64,000 nucleotides of DNA from Bdellovibrionales bacterium (lineage in GTDB: Bacteria > Bdellovibrionota > Bdellovibrionia > Bdellovibrionales > DASUEL01): positions 11,620 to 75,619 of the forward strand of contig JBFWOZ010000012.1 of NCBI GenBank assembly GCA_050250255.1, in the 5' to 3' direction. Of this stretch, positions 28,281-37,975 are shown in pieces. A program made the position numbers and the translations under genes. Position 1 is the first letter of the stretch; every line of letters begins with the position of its first letter. Below the pieces are notes generated by a model. That model saw only the letters and a list, made by a program, of their open reading frames with translations. It made no database searches and had not been told where the DNA came from.

Positions 28281-28961
28281 ATGAGCAAATTCGTACTAAT
28301 TGTTGGTTTATTTTTAAGTCTCAATGCTTCTGCTTCTGATATTAAAAAATTCAGTCAAGCAGAACGTGCACACTTCACAATCTCATCTGTTTCCATCGAG
28401 GAAGAAAAACTTTCTTCTGACTCTTTGTTTTACAACACTTGTCAGCGCATAACAAAACGTGGATTAGGAGAACAATTCGATTGGGAAACCATCGTGAACA
28501 TCGGCCAACAAGTTTGGGACATCATCGTAAAGAACGCGCCAAACGTAAACGTGGAACTTCAGTCGGCAAGTGCTTTGCCTGCAGATACAAAAAGATGGTT
28601 TGATTTAGATTGCTGGCAATGGCCACAAGCAAAAGCTTACCGCGTGAATTACAAAAACGCTTTCGGCATCAATGTCGTCGATTTTACTTACAAAGTGATT
28701 TACACGTACGGTGGCCAACTTGATGGACGTGGACAATATTTGAGTCAGGTGATGATCGTTCCGACAAATCTTAAAGTGGCTTGGGGTTTCACTTTTGATG
28801 CGAAAGCTCGTGTCGACAATGTGGTGAATGCCGGCTCCCGAAGTGCGCCTGTTGGAGCCATTCAAATCTCTATGGATTGGACAATCAAAACTCCGATTAA
28901 GTATGTTCAAGAGCGCGAAACCTACTACGTTCGCGGCGACGGACAGTTTCAGCGACTATAA
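28281..28961 (+). CDS. Secreted hypothetical protein (amphipathic helix + beta-rich domain)
   Basis: GGAGG SD before ATG 28281; signal peptide ending ASA. Confidence 0.75.
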   Translation: MSKFVLIVGLFLSLNASASDIKKFSQAERAHFTISSVSIEEEKLSSDSLFYNTCQRITKRGLGEQFDWETIVNIGQQVWDIIVKNAPNVNVELQSASALPADTKRWFDLDCWQWPQAKAYRVNYKNAFGINVVDFTYKVIYTYGGQLDGRGQYLSQVMIVPTNLKVAWGFTFDAKARVDNVVNAGSRSAPVGAIQISMDWTIKTPIKYVQERETYYVRGDGQFQRL

Positions 28962-29028
28962 GCGAAACGCCATTTTCGACGTTACTTTTACAGTTGATTT
29001 ATAAAAGATTGCCCACAAAGATTAAGGT

Positions 29029-29901
29029 ATGACTTTGTGGGCATTTTTATTTTCAGTTCTCTTTTCTCCATTCACTTACGCAGCAACGCCGATGAGTGTT
29101 CAGGCCACTCCTACGGGCTACTTTGAAGGTCCCGTTGCGACGGCTCTTGGGGGCACGGGTCGCGCCGCCGTTTCGGTGACAGAGGGTGCTCGTCTTAACC
29201 CGGCAACCCTTGCGCATATTGATGGCTACAACATTGGATTTATCTACGCAGCGGAATCTCTTGGTGAGCGTGCGGGCGCAAACAAATATCATCTTGTGGT
29301 TTCTGATTCGGGCGAAGAAGCGATGTTTCCTGGAGCTCTTAGCTATTCCAAAATTTCTATGTTTCAGCAAGGGCGCGACGTCGATTTGCAGGAATTGAGC
29401 GCTTCGCTTGGATGGTCTTTTTCTGAATACTTATCTTGGGGATTGACCGGGAAATATCTCATTCAAGAAGTAAAAGGTGGCGCAAAGGCTAACGACTTTA
29501 ACGGAAGTACGGGCTTTCTTTTTACTCCGCGAGGAGATCTCGGTTTTGCTATTACCTTTGATGACTTCCTGGAAACTCGGGAAATTCCCGCCAATCCTAC
29601 GACGGGCCTTGGAGCAAATTATATCTTTGGAAGAACCCTCATGATTCGAGGCGATGTGGCGCACCCTCAAAAATCCAATCCCGAGCGACGCTTGATTTCT
29701 ATGCTCGGAATCGAAACTATGGCTTTGGGGAATGACTTTAAGCTCCGTTTTGGCCATCGTTGGGACGATTTTATGAGCCGGAGAATGGCCGCAATTGGAT
29801 TTGGCTGGCAGGGCCCTAAACTAGGCGTAAATTATGCCTACGAAAAGAACCTTCAGACCGAGGATTTCCGGCACCTAATTGACATGCTGCTACGCTTCTG
29901 A
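29029..29901 (+). CDS. Outer-membrane beta-barrel protein (PorV/FadL-like)
   Basis: Signal peptide; ALGGTGRA…LNPATL N-terminal motif; alternating strands; terminal Phe. Confidence 0.7.
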   Translation: MTLWAFLFSVLFSPFTYAATPMSVQATPTGYFEGPVATALGGTGRAAVSVTEGARLNPATLAHIDGYNIGFIYAAESLGERAGANKYHLVVSDSGEEAMFPGALSYSKISMFQQGRDVDLQELSASLGWSFSEYLSWGLTGKYLIQEVKGGAKANDFNGSTGFLFTPRGDLGFAITFDDFLETREIPANPTTGLGANYIFGRTLMIRGDVAHPQKSNPERRLISMLGIETMALGNDFKLRFGHRWDDFMSRRMAAIGFGWQGPKLGVNYAYEKNLQTEDFRHLIDMLLRF

Positions 29902-29937
29902 TAACTCCATGATCTGTCTAAATTTGTGAGGTAAATC

Positions 29938-30063
29938 ATGGCATCTAAAACTCGTGCAACTGAACTTCGTCGTGCTAACAAAGTTAAAAGAGGCGCTCGT
30001 AAGCGAAAGGCCAAAGAAAGCCGTCGTTCGACTCCTTCTGCTAAAGAACTTTTCGGCGATTAG
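29938..30063 (+). CDS. Small basic protein, 41 aa (MASKTRATELRRANKVKRGARKRKAKESRRSTPSAKELFGD)
   Basis: GAGGT SD 5 nt before ATG; codons typical of highly expressed genes (CGT, GCT, ACT); hairpin downstream. Not in the ORF track. Confidence 0.8.
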   Translation: MASKTRATELRRANKVKRGARKRKAKESRRSTPSAKELFGD

Positions 30064-30087
30064 TTTTTAACTTTCAAAACATGCTTG

Positions 30088-30155
30088 AGCAGATCTCGTT
30101 GTTTTAACAAACGAGGATCTGCATCACACAAAGGCCTTTCTAAAAGGCCTTTTGT
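30088..30155. terminator. Hairpins between convergent genes (likely bidirectional terminator)
   Basis: GCAGATCTCGTTGTT…AACAAACGAGGATCTGC stem, followed by AAAGGCCTTT-CTA-AAAGGCCTTT. Confidence 0.5.
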
Positions 30156-31354
30156 TTTTCTGGAACTTCGTAAAGGACGCGGATCGCCTCTTTGTCATAG
30201 TCTGTGAGGAGTTCTGAGGTTCGATCCAGATAAGGCCATTCATAATTCATAATACTCTCTTTGTCTGGCTGATGAGCAAGCCCCCAGAAATGACCCATTT
30301 CATGAGCGGTAATAATTGCGACTTGCTTTTGATACAAATCGAAATTGGAAGCATTTATTTTGGCGGCGACGTTATCGACATTTAGAAGAATATTCACATC
30401 ACCGTCGATCAGTCCTTGGGAAGGTGTGCCGGCTAAAGGTGTTGCGTATGCCCCCACATCTTTCATTTTATAGTTTGCTGTCGTTTTGAGAGTGCGAGCA
30501 TTCAAGTCCGAAAATGGGGGGCAAGAAGAGGTGTGTTCGTATTGAAGATCGATTTTTCCTCTTAATTCTTCTTTCCATACATTAAGGCCTTTTTCAATTC
30601 CTTGACGAGTATCGTGGTGAGTGATGTTGCAAACTAACAAGCGAATGGGCTGTTGAAGGGGCCAACGAATACTCAGTTTTTCACCGTAAAGTAATTCGAA
30701 GGGCATGAGCTCCTCTCTGAACTCATGTTTTTCAGAGTGGCTTTTTTGAAAATAGAAAGCTGAGAGGAGTTGATCTTCGCCGGCCTCCTCGTACACGAGA
30801 AGTGAAAAGTTTTTTCCTGACGAATGAAGTGAGTAGTGAAGAGTTTCGACGGAGAAAGCTTTTTTTGGATCATCGTCGAAGCTTTCGCTGTTGTACGATA
30901 CGAGAGAAAGATTCCCTTCTGTATCTTTTGAAAAATAAAATCGGTAGCGATTCACATTTTCACTGGATGCGTTCGCCGGAACAAATCCATACATGTCTTT
31001 TCCATAGGGCTTCCACTTGTAGAGATCGTAATTTACAAGCTCCACTTTTCTGGAGGAACGGCGTTCGTTCACAAGTTCTTTGGCACTTTTCTGCGGCCCC
31101 ACGATAGAGGTTTCACTGATGAATGTTGTTCTTGATTTAAAGTGAAAGTCGGAAAACTGAGAGATGTTCTTCTCGTTAAAGAGCGTTTTTTTATTAAACA
31201 CGTCGTGAGCGACGATGTCTTTAGGATTGCCACTGACAAAAATTACGGTTTCAGGGGTTCCTGGTCCAGAGCTTGATTCTTTTTTTGTACAACCGATAGA
31301 AAGTGCTGAAAAAGAAATAAACAAAAGGACCGAAAGTGTCAGTTGCCGCTTCAT
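30140..31354 (-). CDS. Lipoprotein metzincin (matrixin/M10-like) metalloprotease
   Basis: Lipobox LSIGC; HEMGHFWGLAH zinc motif; Met-turn SIMNY; D..AI..LY. Confidence 0.85.
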   Translation of the reverse strand: MKRQLTLSVLLFISFSALSIGCTKKESSSGPGTPETVIFVSGNPKDIVAHDVFNKKTLFNEKNISQFSDFHFKSRTTFISETSIVGPQKSAKELVNERRSSRKVELVNYDLYKWKPYGKDMYGFVPANASSENVNRYRFYFSKDTEGNLSLVSYNSESFDDDPKKAFSVETLHYSLHSSGKNFSLLVYEEAGEDQLLSAFYFQKSHSEKHEFREELMPFELLYGEKLSIRWPLQQPIRLLVCNITHHDTRQGIEKGLNVWKEELRGKIDLQYEHTSSCPPFSDLNARTLKTTANYKMKDVGAYATPLAGTPSQGLIDGDVNILLNVDNVAAKINASNFDLYQKQVAIITAHEMGHFWGLAHQPDKESIMNYEWPYLDRTSELLTDYDKEAIRVLYEVPEKQKAF

Positions 31355-31389
31355 AAAACGTACCTCACGAGTATTGTCACTCCGAGATA

Positions 31390-31412
31390 CAAAAGGTGCG
31401 CCGCTCCTTTTG
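31390..31412 (-). terminator. Probable terminator hairpin after tonB
   Basis: CAAAAGG-TGCGCCGCT-CCTTTTG inverted repeat. Confidence 0.45.
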
Positions 31413-31462
31413 GTAGCAACATTGCGTTAAGTGCTGGATTCTTTTGAGGTGGGTGTCCGGAT

Positions 31463-32305
31463 TTACTTCTTTTGGTAGGGGACTTCGACGGCTTGGCCTT
31501 TGAGAGAAAAGGTGACTTGTTTTTGGAAAATGCCGGTGCGACCGGGTTCGTATCTCCAATGTTTGTGAGAATTCAGAGCTTCGTTATCAAGAGCTTTGTG
31601 GCCACTTGATTGGTGAAGCCACACTTTGTCGACTTCTCCGTCATCGTTCACGGTGAAGCGGAGAACAACGGTGCCTTGCTCACGCTTCAAACGAGAAAAC
31701 ATGGGGTAATTGGGTTTTGGGTTTCCTTTGCGTGCGACAAGCTCTTTGTCGGAATGAACTTCGCCTGAGGGTGTTCCGGGAGGGGTTCCGCCTCCATCGC
31801 CGTCTTCTTCTGCGTCAGCGCCTTCTTGGGGGAGTGCTTGTGCTATGACCTCGGGTTCTTTTTCCGCCTCGCCAGAGGTTTCGGCTTCGTCAGAACTTTT
31901 TCCATGTGCTTGGCCGTCATCAATGTCGGTCTCTTCAACAGGGAGCCAACCTTTTTTGTCGACTTCAACACTTGGTGCTTCATCAGACGTCTCGGTTTTG
32001 ACGACGGGTTTTGATACGGGCACAGGTACAGGCTTCGCCACTTCTTTTTTAATTTCCTGTGGCGCTTCTTTTTTCTGAGGAGGCGGCTCGACTTTAGGTT
32101 GCGGCACAGGAGTTTCAACGACGTCAACGGGTGTGCCTAGCGAGCCGGGACCTGAATAATCCACTTCTGTATCGAAGACATCACCTTCGGGAACGGCGAG
32201 TTTTACGGTGGCGGTTGCGAGTGCGAAAATCAGCACGCCGTGCACGAATACGGAAAACAAATAACCTTTTGTAGAATTCACTCTGTATAAATCTGAAATC
32301 TTCAT
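31463..32305 (-). CDS. tonB: Energy transducer TonB
   Basis: N-terminal TM helix with SVFVH; Pro/Lys/Glu linker; C-terminal PNYP…EQGTVVLRF…SSGH…LD domain. Confidence 0.9.
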   Translation of the reverse strand: MKISDLYRVNSTKGYLFSVFVHGVLIFALATATVKLAVPEGDVFDTEVDYSGPGSLGTPVDVVETPVPQPKVEPPPQKKEAPQEIKKEVAKPVPVPVSKPVVKTETSDEAPSVEVDKKGWLPVEETDIDDGQAHGKSSDEAETSGEAEKEPEVIAQALPQEGADAEEDGDGGGTPPGTPSGEVHSDKELVARKGNPKPNYPMFSRLKREQGTVVLRFTVNDDGEVDKVWLHQSSGHKALDNEALNSHKHWRYEPGRTGIFQKQVTFSLKGQAVEVPYQKK

Positions 32306-33060
32306 GTGTCGTCTCGCGATGGTTCCTTTAAATGAGCGATGGCCAAAATCTTTGTGCCATCTAAAGGATTATCGGCGAGCTGGGAGCGAAAATGAAAAGC
32401 ACTCTGCAATTTTTCAGAAGCGAGTATGTCTTTGGTCTCCCCCGCCATCAGTCGAGAAAGCTGATGAATCACCCAGGTTTGACTCGTTTTGAATCGAAGG
32501 GCCCAGTTAAAGTCGTGATTGCAGATAATAAACTTTCGGCCGAGTTCGATTTGTTCGTCGATGAGGCCTTTTAATTGAAACTCAAAGTTCCAGTCGAGCG
32601 AGCTTAAGGGTTCATCCATTAAAACCACAGCAGATGGGTGAGCGAGCGTTGCGACGATCATTAGACGTTTCTGCTCACCACTTGAAAGCTGGTTTAGGGG
32701 TTTTGCGAGAAGATTTTGGAGTGCCATTTTTTCAAGCCAAGATTTTTTATACCAGACACTTTTTTGAAAATCAGAAATGTCGAGCACATCCTCACCCGTG
32801 AGGTACTCATCGAAATCAATCGACGTAGGTAAATAAGCGGGGCGGTGATTGGCTTCGGTATGTCGCGAGAGCACGTGACCATCAAACAAAATATTTCCAC
32901 TTTGTGGTGGAAGTAGTCCTGCGAGAGTTTTTAGCAGCGTCGTTTTACCAGAGCCGTTCATACCAAAGAAAAAGCAAAGTGGTGCGGGGTTGAGTACGCC
33001 CGCGAAAGGAGTGCTCTTTTGCGTGGGATAACCAATGGTCATATTTTGAAACTCAAACAT
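32302..33060 (-). CDS. btuD: Cobalamin ABC transporter ATP-binding protein (BtuD-like)
   Basis: GMNGSGKT, LSSGE, MDEP and HD motifs; operon context. Confidence 0.75.
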   Translation of the reverse strand: MFEFQNMTIGYPTQKSTPFAGVLNPAPLCFFFGMNGSGKTTLLKTLAGLLPPQSGNILFDGHVLSRHTEANHRPAYLPTSIDFDEYLTGEDVLDISDFQKSVWYKKSWLEKMALQNLLAKPLNQLSSGEQKRLMIVATLAHPSAVVLMDEPLSSLDWNFEFQLKGLIDEQIELGRKFIICNHDFNWALRFKTSQTWVIHQLSRLMAGETKDILASEKLQSAFHFRSQLADNPLDGTKILAIAHLKEPSRDDT

Positions 33061-34033
33061 GCGTGCCTCTTCGGTGAAGGAGATAAATCAAAAAAGGAGC
33101 GCCGAAGAGGGCAATGAGTCCGCCGGCTGGAAGTTCGCGATCAACAATAAGTACACGTCCGAGCATATCGGCAAAAAGGAGTAGAGTTGCTCCAAAGATG
33201 GAAGAGAGCGGCAGGAAAAGGCGATGACGATGATTGTGTGATGTTAAGAGAGCGATGTGGGGGGCGAGGAGACCGACAAATCCAATGAGTCCTGCAATAG
33301 CGACGGAGGTTGCGCATAAGAGAGCGACGACAACAATCATTTGAATTTGAAATTTCTTAAGTGGAAGCCCACGCGTCTGTGCGACGTCTTCACCTAAAAG
33401 CAAAAGATCAAGATGTTTCGACTGGGTGTAGGCGAACAAAAACAGGAGAATGAAAGTTCCCCACGAGAGAGCCCACCAGGAATCTCGTTCTGTACCGACT
33501 TGCCCCATCATCCAAAAAAGTGCGGATTGAATTTGAAAAGGTTCGAGCCACGTGAGGAGAAGAATCACAAAAGAACCGCAGAAAAGAGAAATCATCACAC
33601 CCGAGAGAATGAGAGTTTTTGAACGCGCACGACTTTGGCGATTAGCACTGAGTACAAAAAGTGTTGCGACCAAACAACCAAGGGTGGCGAAAAACGGAGT
33701 TGCCAGCCATTGCGGTTGGATTTTTAAAAGGATCGAAAGTATGGCGCCTAAAGAGGCCGCGCCTGATAGCCCGAGCGTATAGGGTTCGGCGAGAGGATTA
33801 CGTAATAAGGTTTGTAAAAGGGCGCCTGCGAGACCGAGACTGGCGCCGACGCTAAGGCAAACAAGCGTGCGTGGAAGTCTTAGGCTTTCCAAAATAAAAG
33901 ATTGGGAAGAGTCGATATTTTGCAGTGAGAGCCATTGCAACACGAGAGAAGATTCCACGTGGCCGCTTCCTAAAAAAAGCGACGTAAAAGTTAAAAATAA
34001 AAGAATGAGAAAGGCTATTCCAGAAATCTTCAT
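33053..34033 (-). CDS. btuC: FecCD/BtuC family permease
   Basis: LRLPR, RNPLAEPYTLG and IGFVGLLAPH motifs. Confidence 0.85.
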   Translation of the reverse strand: MKISGIAFLILLFLTFTSLFLGSGHVESSLVLQWLSLQNIDSSQSFILESLRLPRTLVCLSVGASLGLAGALLQTLLRNPLAEPYTLGLSGAASLGAILSILLKIQPQWLATPFFATLGCLVATLFVLSANRQSRARSKTLILSGVMISLFCGSFVILLLTWLEPFQIQSALFWMMGQVGTERDSWWALSWGTFILLFLFAYTQSKHLDLLLLGEDVAQTRGLPLKKFQIQMIVVVALLCATSVAIAGLIGFVGLLAPHIALLTSHNHRHRLFLPLSSIFGATLLLFADMLGRVLIVDRELPAGGLIALFGAPFLIYLLHRRGTHV

Positions 34034-34040
34034 TTCGTCA

Positions 34041-34838
34041 TCACCGTTTGAGCGTTTGACATAACTTCATCGTCTCGAGAGGAAGACGTGGAGTCAAACG
34101 AGAGAGTATGTTGGGGTTCGAAAAGTAAAATTGAGTGCGATATTGTTCCTCGGCCTTTTTCCAAAGGCGAGATTGCCTAGCGATGCTTGCATCCATTTCG
34201 GAAGCGAGAAGTAAAAGCACGTGCCCAGGCTTTTTTTGTAAAACCACCTCTTGAGAAATTTGGGGATATCCCTTTTTTTCCTCAAAGAGATTGGAATAAC
34301 CACAAGAGGATATGAGTTCGGAGAGAAATGTATCTCCTCCGGCAATCGTTAGGGGTTGTTGTTCCACTTGGATAACGAGAGATTTGTTTTGTGAGGGATT
34401 CTCTTTTTTAATCTTTGCCCAATTTTTGTCCCATTCGGTGAGAACTTCTTGGGCTTTTTTATCTTTATCCAGAATTTTACCAAGTAACTTTATTTGCACC
34501 GAAAAATCAGAGAGCGTGTTCGCGCGAATAGTTTGAAAGCGGATGCTGGCGCGTTTTAAAGTTTCTGCAAGCCCTGTGGTGTCGCGCTCCATGTTCAATA
34601 CGAGATCGGGTTTGAGAGAAATGATTTTTTCAACAAGAGGACGACTATCTCCGACGCGAGGAATTTGTTTTGCCTCTTCGGGATAATCAGAAAACTCCGA
34701 AGTGCCGACGATCCAATCCCCAACTCCTAGAGCAAAAATATTCTCTGTGATTGCTGGGTGAAGCGAAACGATACGAAGCTTGGCAAGTGCCTGAGGCGTA
34801 ACGAACAAAATCAAAAGAATTGCGATGAATTTCATCAT
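34041..34838 (-). CDS. btuF: Cobalamin-binding periplasmic protein (BtuF-like)
   Basis: RIVSLHPAITE…GTSEFSDYP…EKIISLKPDLV. Confidence 0.85.
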   Translation of the reverse strand: MMKFIAILLILFVTPQALAKLRIVSLHPAITENIFALGVGDWIVGTSEFSDYPEEAKQIPRVGDSRPLVEKIISLKPDLVLNMERDTTGLAETLKRASIRFQTIRANTLSDFSVQIKLLGKILDKDKKAQEVLTEWDKNWAKIKKENPSQNKSLVIQVEQQPLTIAGGDTFLSELISSCGYSNLFEEKKGYPQISQEVVLQKKPGHVLLLLASEMDASIARQSRLWKKAEEQYRTQFYFSNPNILSRLTPRLPLETMKLCQTLKR

Positions 34839-36676
34839 AAGAGATGCTCAACGCTGACGAAGAAACGTCTTTGCGGCTCGGGGTAACCACGTGTTAGTTC
34901 CACTGGAGTGTCGAGAATATTCAGCACTCCACCCTTCACTGTCCAGTCATTAAGGTCTTTGGTGCGAATGGTGAGATCAAAGGTATTCCAAGAGCCCATT
35001 TCCACAAGGCCTGTTCCGTAACGATCGTAAAACTTGCTCCAGTAGGTATCCGTCACTTCAAAAAGTAAGGTGGCCCAACGATATCCGGCGGTGAGAGACG
35101 CTTGGTGGTTGGGAGTCAAGGGGAGTGACTGCTTGTCGTTGTCTTCGGCCTCCATATAAGAGTAACCGAGATCGAAGCTCCAAAGATCTTTATCAAGGCC
35201 CGCTTGTAGTTCCATTCCATAACCGTTAGCAGAGCCAAGATTCACGGGTTGAGTTTGCCCGCCTGCCAGAGTACGTGTGGAAATAAAATTTTTGTAGTTG
35301 ATACGGAACACACTCGCACCCCAGCGATATTGATCCCAATAAGTTTGGGGAGTGGCGATGAGCCTCTGTTGAAACCCAATTTCGACTTGCTGGGAGGTTT
35401 CGGGCTTGAGTTCGGGGTTAGCGATGCTCGTTCCAAAATTGCTCAATCGCTGCGACAAAGAAGGGTTATGAAAGCCTTCTGAGTAAGTCATCCATCTCTT
35501 TAAACTCTCTGTCTCTTCAAAAAGGCCTGCAGCAGAAACTGCCACTTTATGGGCCCAGAGATAACGAGTTCCAGATTTTAAAATAAAATGATCCCAGATA
35601 GGAATATCGAAGATCACGCCGGTTTCCGTTTCGTCTGTTGTGTAGACACGATCACCAGAGTAAGTGGATTTGTGTTCGTCATGATTGTGATCTACGAAAA
35701 GTTCAGAGTTAAAGGGTGTGCTTGTTTGCCAATCCTGCTTCCAGCTTAAGGAATTTCCCACTCGAGAAGTTTTCGCGAAAGATTCGGAGGTGCTGTCACG
35801 ATATTCGTTATCGCCGACGATACCAAAGATACGGTGATGAAATTCGGTAGAATCTGAAAGCTTAAATCCATTTTGTAACGAAGCAAGTCCTGCAGTATTG
35901 CGAGCCTGAGTGGTTCCTGGTGTGATGACTGAACCAGGTGTGGCGTTCATCTCTTGAGCCCATACTAAATTTTGTCCAAAACTCCAGCGATCGAAATGAT
36001 TTTGTCCCATGTAGGTGTAGCGCTGGAGGTGTCGATTGTTGTCGGCACGAGTGCCAGATGCTCCTGAGGACTTTAAAGTGTAAGGGTAATTTCCATCGAC
36101 GCTTTCGTTAAAAAAGCTTAGTTGGTTTTGATGCCTAGTCGTCGAAAGAAGCGGTGTTGCGATTAAAAGACCACGTTGCCCAAAGCTTCCAACATGTCCT
36201 CGTGCGGTTGGACGATCGAGTTTGCGAGAGAGAAAGTTGACCGCACCTCCCATAGCATCACCACCAAAAAAAAGAGATGCAGGTCCTTTAAAGAGACGAA
36301 CCTCATCGATGGTTTCGTGGGGGATGAGAAGCCGATTGGCGCCACTGCCATCTGCCATGTTGAGCGGAATGGAATTGTAAAGACCAAGAACGCGCGGGAG
36401 TGATTGCGAGCCGCGAATGGAAACTGTCGGTGAACCTTCAAAGCGAGCTTGCACTCCAGGAATTTTTGAAAATGTCTCATAGGGACTAGAAATATCAAGG
36501 TGAGTTTTTTCTGGTGTTACCTTTTGGGAATTCCAGACTCCGCTGCGTTCGCTAAAGATGTCGATCGGTGAGGCCTCTACGACAGTCGGAAGATCTTCAG
36601 TTGGCTGCGCAAAACACCACTGTACAAAGAGAAGGATGATAAGAACGATAATGATTTTTATTGGTCTCTGGTCCAC
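34835..36676 (-). CDS. btuB: TonB-dependent cobalamin receptor (BtuB-like)
   Basis: TonB-box-like TVVEA; plug motifs IRGS and KGPASLFFGGDAMGGAVN; NPELKPE; preceded by a B12 riboswitch. Confidence 0.85.
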   Translation of the reverse strand: MDQRPIKIIIVLIILLFVQWCFAQPTEDLPTVVEASPIDIFSERSGVWNSQKVTPEKTHLDISSPYETFSKIPGVQARFEGSPTVSIRGSQSLPRVLGLYNSIPLNMADGSGANRLLIPHETIDEVRLFKGPASLFFGGDAMGGAVNFLSRKLDRPTARGHVGSFGQRGLLIATPLLSTTRHQNQLSFFNESVDGNYPYTLKSSGASGTRADNNRHLQRYTYMGQNHFDRWSFGQNLVWAQEMNATPGSVITPGTTQARNTAGLASLQNGFKLSDSTEFHHRIFGIVGDNEYRDSTSESFAKTSRVGNSLSWKQDWQTSTPFNSELFVDHNHDEHKSTYSGDRVYTTDETETGVIFDIPIWDHFILKSGTRYLWAHKVAVSAAGLFEETESLKRWMTYSEGFHNPSLSQRLSNFGTSIANPELKPETSQQVEIGFQQRLIATPQTYWDQYRWGASVFRINYKNFISTRTLAGGQTQPVNLGSANGYGMELQAGLDKDLWSFDLGYSYMEAEDNDKQSLPLTPNHQASLTAGYRWATLLFEVTDTYWSKFYDRYGTGLVEMGSWNTFDLTIRTKDLNDWTVKGGVLNILDTPVELTRGYPEPQRRFFVSVEHLL

Positions 36677-36696
36677 GAAGAAACTCCAATATTCTA

Positions 36697-36815
36697 GGGA
36701 GTGTCTGACTTATCTCTTGAGAGTCTGTTTACAACAGACCGAGAGAATTACAGTGGCGGGCACCGTGTGGGATTTCAACCCACTTCCTCCATTGATTTGA
36801 GCTGTTCATACACAA
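36697..36815 (-). ncRNA. Cobalamin (AdoCbl) riboswitch
   Basis: On the minus strand: GGAAGTGGGTTGAAATCCCACACGGTGCCCGCCACTGTAA … AAGTCAGACACT (B12 box), directly upstream of btuB. Confidence 0.92.
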
Positions 36816-36846
36816 TGAGGAAGCGGGAAGACAACCTATATTTTTA

Positions 36847-37965
36847 TTATGTGGCGAGCTCGGGCGGAATGTTCCCGCTTTGGATCGCTTGAGCGAGAAT
36901 TTGATGCTCAGGATGACCAATGAGCTTCGAAGCCTCGGAGAAACTCAAAGGGTCTGGCTGAACGATACGGGTTTTCTTAAGTCTCATGACGCTTTGATAG
37001 CGATCGGCAATCAGATCGGAACTTAGAACTTTTGTTTTAACGGCTTTTTCTACCGCATCGAGTGCCATAGGTGGTTTATCGTGTTCGTTGCAATACAAGA
37101 TAATATCTGCGCCTGCTTTGAGGGCCTGCACCGGAATAAATTCCGCCGGGTAGTATTTTGCCAAAGCTTTCATGTCCAAATCATCGGTGATTACGAGCTG
37201 TCGGTAAGCGAGTTTCTCCCGTAAAATGTCCTTAAGGAACGTTTCACTGAGGGTAACGGGCCATTCAGGATCTACTTTAGTGAATTTCATATGAGCGGTC
37301 ATGATGAGATCAAGTTTCGCGCGAAACGCCTTTTTAAAAGGAACCATTTCCACATCTAAAAGGCGTGCTAAATCGCTTTCCTCTTCGACGGGTAAATCCT
37401 CATGACTATCGATCACCGTGTTGCCATGGCCTGGAAAATGTTTTGCACAAGCAATAACGTTGGATTTTAAATAGCCGCGAACAATGGCAGAGCCGAGCTT
37501 CGCTACGTGCTCGGCGTCGGTTCCGAGAGAGCGATCTCCAATTAAAACGTTTTTTGGATTTGTGAGAATGTCTACGCAAGGAGCAAAATCTAAATTAATG
37601 CCGACGGCTGCGAGCTCGCGTCCCATAGTCTCAGCAAATTTAAAACAAAGAGTCGTAGAGTCTAACTCGCCCAACTTTCCAATGGGGGGCCACACGGTAA
37701 AGGGAGCCTTTAAGCGAGCGACTCTTCCGCCTTCCATGTCGATAGAAATAATAAAGGGAGCTTGCTCAGGAAGCTGCCTCCTTAGCGATTGAATTTCAGA
37801 GCAGAGTGCATGCACTTGTTGCGGACTTTCAATGTTACGAGAGAACAAAATCACGCCGCCGATGTTATTCTCGATGAGAAATTTTTTTTCATCAGGCTCC
37901 AAAGATTTTCCCTTAAGACCCATGATCATGAGCTGACCAATTTGATGTTTTAATGAAAGGCTCAT
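36847..37965 (-). CDS. nagZ: Beta-N-acetylhexosaminidase (GH3)
   Basis: IDMEGGRV, KHFPGHG…DSH and ITDDLDM motifs. Start set at MSLSLK behind GGAG. Confidence 0.93.
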   Translation of the reverse strand: MSLSLKHQIGQLMIMGLKGKSLEPDEKKFLIENNIGGVILFSRNIESPQQVHALCSEIQSLRRQLPEQAPFIISIDMEGGRVARLKAPFTVWPPIGKLGELDSTTLCFKFAETMGRELAAVGINLDFAPCVDILTNPKNVLIGDRSLGTDAEHVAKLGSAIVRGYLKSNVIACAKHFPGHGNTVIDSHEDLPVEEESDLARLLDVEMVPFKKAFRAKLDLIMTAHMKFTKVDPEWPVTLSETFLKDILREKLAYRQLVITDDLDMKALAKYYPAEFIPVQALKAGADIILYCNEHDKPPMALDAVEKAVKTKVLSSDLIADRYQSVMRLKKTRIVQPDPLSFSEASKLIGHPEHQILAQAIQSGNIPPELAT

Positions 37966-37975
37966 ACAGTCTCCG

